From sequence record NC_047830.1: a DNA stretch of 53,092 nt; one strand, 5' to 3'. The translations under genes were made by a program, and so were the position numbers. Each line of letters begins with the position of its first letter. Positions within the stretch are counted from its first letter, which is position 1. Source of the stretch: Escherichia phage ST32. This document shows, in pieces, positions 24,886 through 34,580 of this stretch. Under the pieces are notes generated by a model, which was not told the origin of the DNA, searched no databases, and saw only the letters and a program-made list of their open reading frames with translations.

Positions 24886-25630
24886 GCTCCTCGCTGATGG
24901 TACAAGATATACAAAGGCTCACGCACATGATTGGGAAGACCCAAACTGTCTTATTCGTGGTCGATGCGAATTGTACATCAAAATTGACGGCATACGAGCG
25001 ATTCGTAATGCTTCTGGTGAGGTATGGAGCCGCAACTCTAAACCTCTCCCTCACTGCGACCATCTCAAATTTAAAGATGCAGAAATCTTTCGCGGTTCCT
25101 GGAACGAGACTTCATCTATCCTTGGGCGTATCGACCCTCCGACCGTACCGTTATCGCAAGAAAACGTTTACGAGTTGAGCGATGGTGCTGTTGACCCACG
25201 CCTGTACATCGGCTGGTGCAAAGACCCAAGCAATGAAAACCTTAAGGCATTGATGGATAAATATCTGGCGCTTGGTCATGAAGGTATCATTGTCCGTGAT
25301 GCAAGAGGTAAATGGTGGAAGATTGTACCATATAAATATGCCGATGTGAAGATTACTGGTATGAAAGAAGGTACTGGTGCTCTTAAAGGTATGTGTGGTT
25401 CTATCTCTTCGAACTATGGCAGTGCTGGTTCAATGGTGAAAGATTGTCTGGCAGACCACGGTATTCCAGAATCTAACCCATTGATTCGTAAGTGGTTGTG
25501 GGAACATCGCCACGAGCTAATTGGTTCGATTATGCAAGTTCGATATCGTGAGAAGACAGAAGCTGGTAAGTTCCGGTTCCCGTCACTCGTTCGTTTACGT
25601 GCAGACAAAAGTGAGGAAAGTTTTGATTAA
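24875..25630 (+). CDS. ATP-dependent DNA ligase
   Basis: KxDG adenylation motif (KIDGIR). Confidence 0.8.
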   Translation: MSIKLLADGTRYTKAHAHDWEDPNCLIRGRCELYIKIDGIRAIRNASGEVWSRNSKPLPHCDHLKFKDAEIFRGSWNETSSILGRIDPPTVPLSQENVYELSDGAVDPRLYIGWCKDPSNENLKALMDKYLALGHEGIIVRDARGKWWKIVPYKYADVKITGMKEGTGALKGMCGSISSNYGSAGSMVKDCLADHGIPESNPLIRKWLWEHRHELIGSIMQVRYREKTEAGKFRFPSLVRLRADKSEESFD

Positions 25631-26249
25631 GCGACTAGCTGTTATTCTCAATGGACCTCCTGGCTGCGGTAAAGACACCATCGCAAATAAGATTGTTGCT
25701 GCCGAGGAATCATACTTTCTCGGTAAGCGCAAGTTCATTAAACACCAGTTTAAGGATGCACTGTATGAGCATACTGCCAAACACTTTCAAGTTGATGTGG
25801 ACAAGTTTATTCACTACGCTTCGGACCGTGACCTCAAAGACTCTATCTCCCTTGCAGGTCTTGGTGGCAGAACACCTCGTCAGGCTCTTATTCACGTTAG
25901 CGAAGATGTGTATAAGCCTCGCTACGGACAAGACTACTTCGGTAAGGTTGAAGCTGCTCGTGTTGAAGAACTCGCGGGGCGTATGGGTGGCATTATTAAT
26001 GTCATTTATCCCGATGGCGGTTTTGGTGATGAAGTCGTTGCCATTGAGTCTGCTTATGATTTTGTCCTCATTGTGCGTTTGCATCGTGATGGTTTTGATT
26101 TCACGGGCGATTCTCGCAGATACATCAACCTCCCAGACACACCTACCCGCGTAACAGTGGACGAACATTTAGTTGATGGTAAAGTGGGTGATTCTGTATT
26201 CAAAGTGTTCAACTGGATTGAACGCGTAACTTATCAAGTAGAGAAATAA
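25623..26249 (+). CDS. deoxynucleoside monophosphate kinase (T4 gp1-like P-loop kinase)
   Basis: P-loop NGPPGCGKDT, FKDAL and INLPDT motifs; TTG 25623 with GAGG RBS; track ORF starts inside the ligase gene. Confidence 0.7.
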   Translation: MIKRLAVILNGPPGCGKDTIANKIVAAEESYFLGKRKFIKHQFKDALYEHTAKHFQVDVDKFIHYASDRDLKDSISLAGLGGRTPRQALIHVSEDVYKPRYGQDYFGKVEAARVEELAGRMGGIINVIYPDGGFGDEVVAIESAYDFVLIVRLHRDGFDFTGDSRRYINLPDTPTRVTVDEHLVDGKVGDSVFKVFNWIERVTYQVEK

Positions 26250-26251
26250 TC

Positions 26252-26839
26252 ATGTCTTGTATGACTCAAGTTGTTGCTGTAAAGCGAGTGCATCCTAATG
26301 CGAAATTACCTGTGTACGCTACTGCTGGCGCTGCTGCTGCTGACGTTTGCACTATCTCCGATAGCACTGTTGTTATCAATCCCGGCTGCTCTGCTGTTTT
26401 CGATACTGGCCTCCAGTTCGAGATTCCAGTTGGATACGAACTCAAAGTTCATAGCCGTTCTGGTCATGGCTTTAAGTCTGGTATTCGCCTGGCAAACTGT
26501 ACAGGAATTCTGGACTCCGATTATCGTGGCAATCTTATGGTTAAGCTGCACAACGATTCGGACACAGCCTTTGTGGTTCAACCAGGTGAACGTATTTGTC
26601 AAGTGCAAGTTAGTAAAGCTACTCAACACCATTTCGTTGAAGTTGACAGCTTGAATGAAACTGCTCGTGGTGTAGGTGGCTTTGGTTCTACTGGACGTGT
26701 AGAAGTTGGTGAGCATGGCAACAGCCGTATAGTACCTGGCAGTTATGACCCAAGCCTTGTCGTGCATTCGAACGGTTCACACACCCACCATATCACTGAA
26801 ATCGGTGCCCACACTCACGGGGCCGAACGTTACAAATAA
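26252..26839 (+). CDS. dut: dUTPase (trimeric type) with His-rich C-terminal extension
   Basis: RSGHGFKSG...GILDSDYRG motifs; extra C-terminal about 45 aa with HTHH / AHTHG. Confidence 0.85.
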   Translation: MSCMTQVVAVKRVHPNAKLPVYATAGAAAADVCTISDSTVVINPGCSAVFDTGLQFEIPVGYELKVHSRSGHGFKSGIRLANCTGILDSDYRGNLMVKLHNDSDTAFVVQPGERICQVQVSKATQHHFVEVDSLNETARGVGGFGSTGRVEVGEHGNSRIVPGSYDPSLVVHSNGSHTHHITEIGAHTHGAERYK

Positions 26840-26857
26840 GCACCCATTGGAGCATCC

Positions 26858-27064
26858 ATGTTAGAGCAGTTGGAAGAACTCCTTTCGCACCTCAATGCGG
26901 AAGATAATAAAATGGCCTTAGAGTTTAAGGCCAAGTTAAAACAACTCCAAGAGAAAGCAGACAAAGATGCCTTATGGCGTGAATGTTTGGAAGCTGGAGG
27001 AGTTGATAACTGGTCCTGGTATTCTGAATCTCTTCAAGAGTATTGGGACACCTACGATTATTAA
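26858..27064 (+). CDS. hypothetical protein
   Basis: ORF with GGAG RBS. Confidence 0.5.
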   Translation: MLEQLEELLSHLNAEDNKMALEFKAKLKQLQEKADKDALWRECLEAGGVDNWSWYSESLQEYWDTYDY

Positions 27065-27081
27065 TCTGGAACCTATCTGAA

Positions 27082-27411
27082 ATGAAACTGTCCTCACCTG
27101 TTGTAGTAAATAACCGCAAAGTTAAATTTGCATATCTCAAGTCTAATGTCACCTCCACTGGTGGCGGGACTTATCTCACCCGTGCACTTGCAGTTCGCAA
27201 CGAAACAGGTGCGGATGTTATTGTTTTCATGCTCCCTCATGGTGAAAACACAATCAAGAACGTCGAACGTATCAAGCGTGGGCGCGAAGATTTAATGTCG
27301 GCTGTTAAGCCGCTGATACTGCCATTTAAGATTGTGGTGGTTGTTGGTTCTACCCAAGCATATCTTGAAGATTTCTACAAAGATATGGCCTGGAGCGATA
27401 TTAAATATTAA
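27082..27411 (+). CDS. hypothetical protein (possible small terminase subunit by position)
   Basis: ORF upstream of large terminase; weak RBS. Confidence 0.4.
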   Translation: MKLSSPVVVNNRKVKFAYLKSNVTSTGGGTYLTRALAVRNETGADVIVFMLPHGENTIKNVERIKRGREDLMSAVKPLILPFKIVVVVGSTQAYLEDFYKDMAWSDIKY

Positions 27412-27428
27412 GCGACACGCGTAATTAG

Positions 27429-27456
27429 GGAGGCTATCTGGCCTCCTATCTTATTC
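27429..27456 (+). terminator. hairpin GGAGGC-TATCTG-GCCTCC followed by T-rich tract
   Basis: 6-bp perfect stem, downstream TATCTTATTC. Confidence 0.4.
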
Positions 27457-27466
27457 GGAGTCGCTT

Positions 27467-27652
27467 ATGCGCACAATACAATGTCCTAACTGCCACTATG
27501 AAATTGCAGAAGATGATTTCATAACGCAGCAATGTCCTATCTGTGATTCATACATGCCACTAAACCGCCTGTATTTAAAGGCCGATTCTGGTTTAGGCAG
27601 CATCATTCGCATCAATCCCGTGCAAACTCAGCCATTAGTGGATTGTGATTAA
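27467..27652 (+). CDS. zinc-ribbon protein (CPNCH...CPICD)
   Basis: GGAG RBS; two CxxC pairs. Confidence 0.5.
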   Translation: MRTIQCPNCHYEIAEDDFITQQCPICDSYMPLNRLYLKADSGLGSIIRINPVQTQPLVDCD

Positions 27653-27671
27653 AAACAAAGAGAACGAATCA

Positions 27672-29690
27672 ATGTCAAAGACTGATGACCTCGGACCGGA
27701 GTTTAATGATACAGTAGCCTCGTATCTTGCCAAGCACTACGGTGACGTATTAAAAGTCTCAAGAGAAAGATTCTGTATTCTATCTTTGCCATTGCTCCGT
27801 CGATATATTTCAGAAAATACTGCAATAGTTGACAGCTATGAAGAACAAATTCAAGCAGAGTTAGAAGGCCAGGGTCTTGAAAACGATGCTGTATTGCGTT
27901 CCGTTTTCAGAGCACAACTTGAGCGTCTTCGCTCTGGCGACAAGAAAGACTCGACTGCCTATGCAGATGAGTTGAAGAAAGGTATTCAAGCAGGTGTTAC
28001 TGACCGTGTTGCAGGTTCCACATTGGAGGAGCCAAACTCGGAGTATGATAACACCGATGAACTTGTAGACAAGATTCTGCATGACCCACATAACGTGGAC
28101 CCAACTGTAATCCCTGCCAAGGTTGCAGAACGTGTTCGCAAAATCTTGATGAAAAGTTTCGAAGCCTTTGGTAAATGGCAGTTCCATATCCAAATGGGAT
28201 TTCCATTTCAAGCACAAGACTTTCACGATGTAATATTCAGTGTTGGCCAGAAGGTTGTTGATGGTGAGATTGACCGCTTAATAGTGACCATTCCTCCACG
28301 ACACTCTAAGACTCAGCTCATGAGTATTGCATTACCCTTGTATTCATTTTGCCACAATGAATCAAGCCATAACATTATCACCTCGTATGCAGAAGACGTT
28401 GTTCTTGAATCGAGTGGTTACATTCGTGCTGTAATGATGGACCCACTGTTCCAACGCATATTCCCGAAGGTGAGAATCGACCCTAACAAACGTTCTCTTG
28501 AACGCTGGGGTACAACCAAAGCTGGAGTTATGCACGCAGTACCTACTGGTGGTAAGCTAACTGGTAAAGGTGCTGGACTTCTTGTTGCAAAATACTCCGG
28601 TTGTTTCGTGGTGGATGACGTTATCAAGCCGAAAGATGCCTACTCTGACACAGTTCGAGCAGAAATCAACGACCGATTTGATAACACCTTTATGTCACGT
28701 CTTGCCAACGATGGTTGCATAACTGATTCGTACGGAAACCAAATTAAGTGTGCCCGTACACCAATGGTTATCATCATGCAGCGGGTTCACGACCAGGATT
28801 TAGTTGGTTATATACTCCGTGGTGGCTCTTCTGATAAATACCATTATCTCAATATCCCAGCGATTATTGAGAAAGGTGTTGGAAGTGCTGAATGGTATGA
28901 TAAGTTAATCAAGAAGCAGAACTACACTCATGCTATTCCCATTCTGTATAATTTGAACAGGAAGGAAGAGAAGTCTGCATTATGGCCTTCACGTAAGAGT
29001 TTAGAATCTCTGGAGGCAATGAAAGAGTCTAACCCATACACATACAATTCACAGTATGCTGGCGACCCATCTGCACAAGGCCACGGCCTTATCAAAGAAG
29101 ATTGGTGGCAAGAGTATGAGCCAGACGTTTTCGACAGAAGTCGCATAGTCAGAAGTTTTATTACAGCGGATACGGCATCAACTGCCAAATCCTATTCTGA
29201 TTATTCGGTCCTTAAGCATTGGGGCGTGACTAAAGAGCGTGATGTTTATTGTTTAGATATTATGCTCGGTAAGTTTGAAACTCCAGAACTCAAGACTGCT
29301 ATTATCGACTTCTGGAACAAATGCAACAAGTTGGACTTGAAGTGTGTAGGTTGTATTCCTCGTGCACTGTACATGGAAGACAAGTCTGCCGGACAATTCT
29401 TGAACCAACAATTTATCAGAGATGGGAGTGTCCGAGTTTTACCATTGCCTCGTGATGGGATTAATGGTAATGACAAGGTAACTCGATTCCTTAACGCAAT
29501 CCCATATTTCTCACAAAAGAGAATATTCTTCCCTGCTGGTCATGAACACATCGACCACGTTAGACGTGAAATACTTGGATTCACTTCTTTGGGTAGTGGT
29601 ACTGGACACGACGATTGTGTCGATAACGTTTCAGATATGGTTGCAATCGAATTCTCAGGCCCAAGTGCCAACTACTCCGCATGGATGTAA
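27672..29690 (+). CDS. terminase large subunit
   Basis: about 670 aa; C-terminal nuclease-like GTGHDDCVDNVSD; position before portal; start could be GTG 27645. Confidence 0.7.
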   Translation: MSKTDDLGPEFNDTVASYLAKHYGDVLKVSRERFCILSLPLLRRYISENTAIVDSYEEQIQAELEGQGLENDAVLRSVFRAQLERLRSGDKKDSTAYADELKKGIQAGVTDRVAGSTLEEPNSEYDNTDELVDKILHDPHNVDPTVIPAKVAERVRKILMKSFEAFGKWQFHIQMGFPFQAQDFHDVIFSVGQKVVDGEIDRLIVTIPPRHSKTQLMSIALPLYSFCHNESSHNIITSYAEDVVLESSGYIRAVMMDPLFQRIFPKVRIDPNKRSLERWGTTKAGVMHAVPTGGKLTGKGAGLLVAKYSGCFVVDDVIKPKDAYSDTVRAEINDRFDNTFMSRLANDGCITDSYGNQIKCARTPMVIIMQRVHDQDLVGYILRGGSSDKYHYLNIPAIIEKGVGSAEWYDKLIKKQNYTHAIPILYNLNRKEEKSALWPSRKSLESLEAMKESNPYTYNSQYAGDPSAQGHGLIKEDWWQEYEPDVFDRSRIVRSFITADTASTAKSYSDYSVLKHWGVTKERDVYCLDIMLGKFETPELKTAIIDFWNKCNKLDLKCVGCIPRALYMEDKSAGQFLNQQFIRDGSVRVLPLPRDGINGNDKVTRFLNAIPYFSQKRIFFPAGHEHIDHVRREILGFTSLGSGTGHDDCVDNVSDMVAIEFSGPSANYSAWM

Positions 29691-29905
29691 ATATGGCGGT
29701 TATCACTCGTTTAGATGCCCGCTCACGCAAGAACAACTCCTTCCAGATTCAAGATTTGGAAGGAAACATTTTATGTGTGATTGAGGCAGTTTCTACCACA
29801 GAAAGCGACTGTGTTAAGTTAAAGCACGAGTCAAATCTGCGACTCCACACCTCCGACAACATTCAAATTGTTAAGGGTAATGGAACTATTCTAAGGAAGA
29901 AATAA
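29681..29905 (+). CDS. hypothetical protein
   Basis: ORF overlapping terminase stop. Confidence 0.4.
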   Translation: MDVNMAVITRLDARSRKNNSFQIQDLEGNILCVIEAVSTTESDCVKLKHESNLRLHTSDNIQIVKGNGTILRKK

Positions 29906-31221
29906 TGACTTCCAAGAAGAAAAACAATCTTTCTGTTAAAGTTGCAGATGGGTTAGAAAACCTTGTAACGGGGTTAGGCGGTCAGGCAGATAAGTCCACT
30001 TTCAACCAGTGGACTTTCTCGAATAAGAACGCGAACTATCGCGAACTTATGAACCGCTTCCGTGAGGACTGGGTTGCACAGAAAGTGTGTACCGTCATTC
30101 CTCAGGACATGACGCGTAAGTGGCGACATATTGATAGTGAAGAAGGACGCAAGGCGGATAAGAAACTTCGTATCCGTAAGCTGTTCCGTGAAGCATATCA
30201 ATGGGCCAGATTGTATGGTACTTCATTTGTTCTGCTCGACCTGAAAGGTACGGGCAAACTTGATACACCATTGCGACTGGATAACTTGAAGACTGGATGT
30301 ATTAAATCCATGAGAGTTATTGACCGCTCACGCCTATTTGCCGCAGGAACTATGGTTCTGGACCCTTTGAGTCCTCACTATGGTTTGCCAGAGTACTACA
30401 CTTTGGCTGGATATCCCGGCTATATCCACTACACTCGTTTTCTTCGGTTCGAGGGTACTGAACTGCCGCTGTTCGAATTCCAACGTAACATGTGGTATTC
30501 CGATTCGGTACTTATTCCACTGTTGAAAACGATTGACCAATTCTACACAACTGCTGCTGCTGCTGCCAGCCTTGCACAAGAAGCCACCATTGATGTGGTA
30601 ACTGTTGAAGGCTTACAATCTCTGCTTACATCGCCGGAAGGTGAAGCTGCTGTGATGAAGCGCTTCAAACTTATGAAGCTGGCAAAGAGTATTTATAACG
30701 TCTTAATTCTCGACAATACTGAGAAGTATGACACCAAGTCAATTGCACTATCTGGTGTGAAAGATTTGATTTGGGAATACTTGAAGATAGTTGCTGCCGC
30801 AGTTGGTATTCCGGCTACACGTTTCCTTTCTGCATCTCCAGACGGTATGAATGCTACGGGCGAATCTGACCTCGTAAACTATATCGACTTGTTGACAGGC
30901 TTGCAGACTTCTGTGTTCGACCCTCGTTTAGATGTGGTAGACAAGATTGTCCAGGCGCACTTTGGCATTGAAGAATATAACTACGAATGGTTAGATATCT
31001 TCCCTGAATCCAATGTTGAGAAAGCGAAGCGAGCTAAAGATTTGGCATTCGCTGTTGACCTGTTGGTTAACAATGGCACCATAACTACCGAAGTTGCAAA
31101 CGAAGTCATGTTCCATTCGGGCGTGTTCGGAACTTGTGACCTTGGCAAGCCAAATCCTAATCCTCCTAACATCCAAAAGGGTAACGCAAGTGAAGCAAAA
31201 CCAAAACCTGGTTCAGCTTAA
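29905..31221 (+). CDS. portal protein (by position and size)
   Basis: 438 aa ORF after terminase, AAGGAAG RBS. Confidence 0.55.
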   Translation: MTSKKKNNLSVKVADGLENLVTGLGGQADKSTFNQWTFSNKNANYRELMNRFREDWVAQKVCTVIPQDMTRKWRHIDSEEGRKADKKLRIRKLFREAYQWARLYGTSFVLLDLKGTGKLDTPLRLDNLKTGCIKSMRVIDRSRLFAAGTMVLDPLSPHYGLPEYYTLAGYPGYIHYTRFLRFEGTELPLFEFQRNMWYSDSVLIPLLKTIDQFYTTAAAAASLAQEATIDVVTVEGLQSLLTSPEGEAAVMKRFKLMKLAKSIYNVLILDNTEKYDTKSIALSGVKDLIWEYLKIVAAAVGIPATRFLSASPDGMNATGESDLVNYIDLLTGLQTSVFDPRLDVVDKIVQAHFGIEEYNYEWLDIFPESNVEKAKRAKDLAFAVDLLVNNGTITTEVANEVMFHSGVFGTCDLGKPNPNPPNIQKGNASEAKPKPGSA

Positions 31222-32254
31222 CGACGAAGATACCGTGAATGAAGTAGTTTTGTTGAACGACAAGGCTACTTTAACGACCCGTCGTTTACGTGACTCTGGC
31301 GAAATGATTGCAGAATGCACCATCGCTCGTACTGGCATTATGCTGTACAAAGCGAAAGAACTTGGTGAAATCGCAAAACATCTGGACCCAGAATCTATTT
31401 GCCGTGTTCGTACCAAGCCGGAAGTATTATTTGACGAAGCAACCATCGAAGGCTGTCGTTCAATTCCGGTAACTATCGGCCATCCGAAAAATGATGTTAA
31501 CATCAAGAACAACAAAGAACTCCAGAAAGGGTTCATCGAAGGGCGTCCAGTTGCAGACGGCTCTTTCTTGGCTGCATCAATCGTTTTGAATGACGAGCAA
31601 GCTATTCGATTAGTTGATTCTGGTGTTGACCAAATCTCCTTGGGCCATAATGCCGAACTGGCTGTATCAGAAGATGATGAAGCCGACTTCGATAAAGTCC
31701 GCATTATCCCTAACCATGCTGCAATTGTTGTTCGTGGTCGTGCTCAGACTACTCGCATTGGTGACTCTGGTGAAGAGATTGCCATTGTTGATAAGGCAAC
31801 CTTTGATGTTGTTGAAGCAGAGCGTGATGCAGCGCTTGACAAGATTAATGTCCTTGAACAGAAACTTGCTGATGCAGAAACTGCACGACTATCCGATGAA
31901 GCTATTCAGGCTGAGGTAGACAAACGTGTAGTTGCTCGTACAGCATTGCTTGTTGATGTGGCCCGTCTTGGCGACGAGTTCTCCAACCTCGATTTCTCCG
32001 GCAAGACCGATGCAGAAATTAAGTTGGCTGTAGTTAATAAATTGCATGACAAGGATTTCAGCGATAAGAGCGAAGACTATATCTCCGCCCGTTTCGATGC
32101 AGCTCTTGAAGATTGCGATTCCATTACTTTAGGAGATGCCCTGAATCAGTCTATGCAATTCGCTGCTAAGAAAGATTCAGAAGCTCGTAAACCTAAAGTT
32201 TCTATTTCCGAAGAAGCTAACAAACGTCGTTTAGAACGCTTCAACTCTTTATAA
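31190..32254 (+). CDS. head maturation protease / scaffolding protein (putative)
   Basis: position between portal and capsid genes; C-terminal coiled-coil-like charged region; GTG start 31190 (track 31094 overlaps portal). Confidence 0.45.
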   Translation: MKQNQNLVQLNDEDTVNEVVLLNDKATLTTRRLRDSGEMIAECTIARTGIMLYKAKELGEIAKHLDPESICRVRTKPEVLFDEATIEGCRSIPVTIGHPKNDVNIKNNKELQKGFIEGRPVADGSFLAASIVLNDEQAIRLVDSGVDQISLGHNAELAVSEDDEADFDKVRIIPNHAAIVVRGRAQTTRIGDSGEEIAIVDKATFDVVEAERDAALDKINVLEQKLADAETARLSDEAIQAEVDKRVVARTALLVDVARLGDEFSNLDFSGKTDAEIKLAVVNKLHDKDFSDKSEDYISARFDAALEDCDSITLGDALNQSMQFAAKKDSEARKPKVSISEEANKRRLERFNSL

Positions 32255-32263
32255 GGTAAGACA

Positions 32264-32737
32264 ATGCCAAAGCAAGATTGGTCTATTAATACTGGTGAAG
32301 CATATGCAGGTGAACAATACGGCCTGGCTACCACCAACTCCCAGCGCCTGACTTACGTTGCCGAAGAAGAAATGGCAAACTTTGGTCTGGCCGTTGTTCA
32401 GGGTACGGCATCTAATCAGGTTAAACCTGGTATTGGAGAAGACGGCACTGTTCTGGGCATTACTATGCGCCAGCTTAACATCGAATCTGCTACCCGTCCT
32501 GGCGACGGTACTGTTGCAATCAAAGTTGGCTGGCCTCTGGGTGTTATGCTGTCTGGCCCAATCATGGTCAAACTGAAAACTGCAATCACCGACAAGAACA
32601 TTGGTGTATCCACCAAGGGTGAATTTGGTGGAGTTGGTGCTGGGTATACTAAGGCAACCAACCTGACTGCACTGCGTTATCCAGCTTCCGCTGGCGATGT
32701 TGTTCCGGTCATGATTAACGTAGTCCCAAAGCCGTAA
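32264..32737 (+). CDS. abundant capsid-associated protein (decoration-type), with candidate frameshift extension
   Basis: strong AAGGTAAG RBS; host-like high-expression codons; slippery CCCAAAG 5 nt before stop. Confidence 0.6.
   Translation: MPKQDWSINTGEAYAGEQYGLATTNSQRLTYVAEEEMANFGLAVVQGTASNQVKPGIGEDGTVLGITMRQLNIESATRPGDGTVAIKVGWPLGVMLSGPIMVKLKTAITDKNIGVSTKGEFGGVGAGYTKATNLTALRYPASAGDVVPVMINVVPKP
32725..32731 (+). other. candidate -1 programmed ribosomal frameshift site C_CCA_AAG
   Basis: X_XXY_YYZ heptamer in the zero frame of gene 32264-32737; the -1 frame is open from here to 33030. Confidence 0.5.
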
Positions 32738-32817
32738 CGCCACCTCCGGCTCCTACAGTATCTGCTGTAGCAGGAGTTGTAACTGCTGACGCATCTGTAT
32801 CTGATGCTACTGTAACT

Positions 32818-33030
32818 GTGGACAAGCTGTTTAAGTTTGAGAACTCCACAGCAACAGACTATAACTTCACTGTTACACCTCCCGTGACTGGTGTTTCCGT
32901 GGCGGCAAACGGCACTGTGACTGTCCTGAATGAGACAACCACAGATACTTCTGCGACAATCAAGGCAACAAATAAAACAGCATCTGGCGTAACTGCAACC
33001 AAAGAAATTACCATTACGCCGAAGGCTTAA
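32818..33030 (+). CDS. Ig-like (Thr/Val-rich beta) domain ORF, probably expressed as the -1 frameshift extension of 32264-32737
   Basis: no RBS or ATG; frame open from 32719; TVTPPVTGVSVAANGTVTV..ITITP sequence. Confidence 0.45.
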   Translation: MDKLFKFENSTATDYNFTVTPPVTGVSVAANGTVTVLNETTTDTSATIKATNKTASGVTATKEITITPKA

Positions 33031-33085
33031 GTTGCACTGGCGCAATTAATAGTTGCGCCTCACCAAACAATATGGATTAAATTAC

Positions 33086-34093
33086 ATGCCAAAGATGATT
33101 AAACTGGCGGACGGTTCTGAATTCGAACTGAACGACGCTATCACCCGTATTCAGGATTCTGGCACTGTTGTCCTGAATGACGACGATGCAGTATTCTTTC
33201 AACGCCAGCTTGAGTTCATTGAAGCTCAAACTTATGACACCCTGTATCCAGAACTGGAAGCTCGTGCTGCTTTCGGTGTGGACACTACTGGTGGTGCTGG
33301 CGTAAACACTCTGACCTACCGTTCTTACAACCATGTCGGTAAAGCTCAGGTAATTAACGCCCGTGCAACCGACCTGCCGAAATCCAGCATTTCTGGCAAA
33401 GAATACAGCATCCCTGTTAAATCAGTTGGTACTGCATTCGACTACGATATTGACGAAGTAGCTTCTGCTGCTGTTACTGGCCTCCCGCTGGAAACCCGTA
33501 AAGCAAATGCTGCTATCCGTGGTTACGAACAGTATGTTAACTCTGCTGCATGGTACGGCGATAAGGCTAACGGCTTTGTTGGCTTCTTCGAAAACCCAGA
33601 CATTACCAAAGCAACTGTTGCTGCTGGTACTGGCGGTTCTACTAAGTGGGCCGAGAAGACCCCGACCGAAGTTATTGCCGACCTGACCACTGCTGTGTCT
33701 GCAATGTATGCTTCTACTCTGAAGATTATGCGTCCTGACGAAATCTGGATGCCTGTTGAGCATGAGCAGTACATCTTCAACACTGCACGTTCTGAGCAGT
33801 CTGACAAGACGATTGGTCAGTTCTTCATTGACAACAACCAGTTCATCAACTCCCGCGATAAAATCAAGGGTCTGAACGCAATCAAAGGTCACGGCGATTC
33901 TGGCTCTGACTGCTTCGTTGTTGTTTGCCGCAATGCAATGGGCAACCGTACCTTCCGTCTGCGTGAACCTCTGCCACTGACCTGGCAACCGGTACAGCTT
34001 CATGGTCTGGTTTATGAAGTTCCTGGCCGTGGTCGTTTCGCTGGCTTCCAAGCGATGTATCCGGCAGCAATCTCCATCAACTCCGGCATCTGA
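33086..34093 (+). CDS. major capsid protein
   Basis: about 335 aa, host-like high-expression codon usage, position in head module; start uncertain (TTG 33053 / ATG 33086 / ATG 33095). Confidence 0.7.
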   Translation: MPKMIKLADGSEFELNDAITRIQDSGTVVLNDDDAVFFQRQLEFIEAQTYDTLYPELEARAAFGVDTTGGAGVNTLTYRSYNHVGKAQVINARATDLPKSSISGKEYSIPVKSVGTAFDYDIDEVASAAVTGLPLETRKANAAIRGYEQYVNSAAWYGDKANGFVGFFENPDITKATVAAGTGGSTKWAEKTPTEVIADLTTAVSAMYASTLKIMRPDEIWMPVEHEQYIFNTARSEQSDKTIGQFFIDNNQFINSRDKIKGLNAIKGHGDSGSDCFVVVCRNAMGNRTFRLREPLPLTWQPVQLHGLVYEVPGRGRFAGFQAMYPAAISINSGI

Positions 34094-34099
34094 TAAATA

Positions 34100-34119
34100 G
34101 GGCGGGACTATTCTCGCCC
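34100..34119 (+). terminator. 8-bp hairpin (GGGCGGGA/TCTCGCCC, one G-U) after the capsid gene, no U-tract
   Basis: inverted repeat read from sequence. Confidence 0.35.
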
Positions 34120-34139
34120 ATAACTTAAGAGAAATAGTA

Positions 34140-34580
34140 ATGCAGATTAAGAACAACGAATCACGCAACCTTCAATTCTTCTTCTCTAAGAAGGGAAAGT
34201 CTGGCAAATCTGAACTGGACTTTATTCACATTCCTGGTGGCGCAACTGTAGAAATCGACGATGAAATCTACAAATCTCTTACGGCATCTCTGACGGAAGT
34301 TGAAGAACTGCGCGAAGAAGTGGTTCCGCTTGATGACGAGAATATCGGTGCTTCTGTTAAGACCGGTAAAGAAGCTCTTGTCATTAAAGAGTATTACAGC
34401 ACTGGCAAAACTCGCAAAGTCAACCTGGTTAAAGAAGCAATCAAAGCTGGCTCTCTTACCATTGTTGAACGTGTGAAAGTTGGTATGCCTGACATTGATG
34501 CTATTCTGACTAAGAATGGTATTGATATTAAGGGTATGCCGGAAGACGTTAAACTGGCACTCTACGATAAGTTGGCGTAA
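34140..34580 (+). CDS. head-tail joining / structural protein (hypothetical)
   Basis: ORF in structural module. Confidence 0.5.
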   Translation: MQIKNNESRNLQFFFSKKGKSGKSELDFIHIPGGATVEIDDEIYKSLTASLTEVEELREEVVPLDDENIGASVKTGKEALVIKEYYSTGKTRKVNLVKEAIKAGSLTIVERVKVGMPDIDAILTKNGIDIKGMPEDVKLALYDKLA

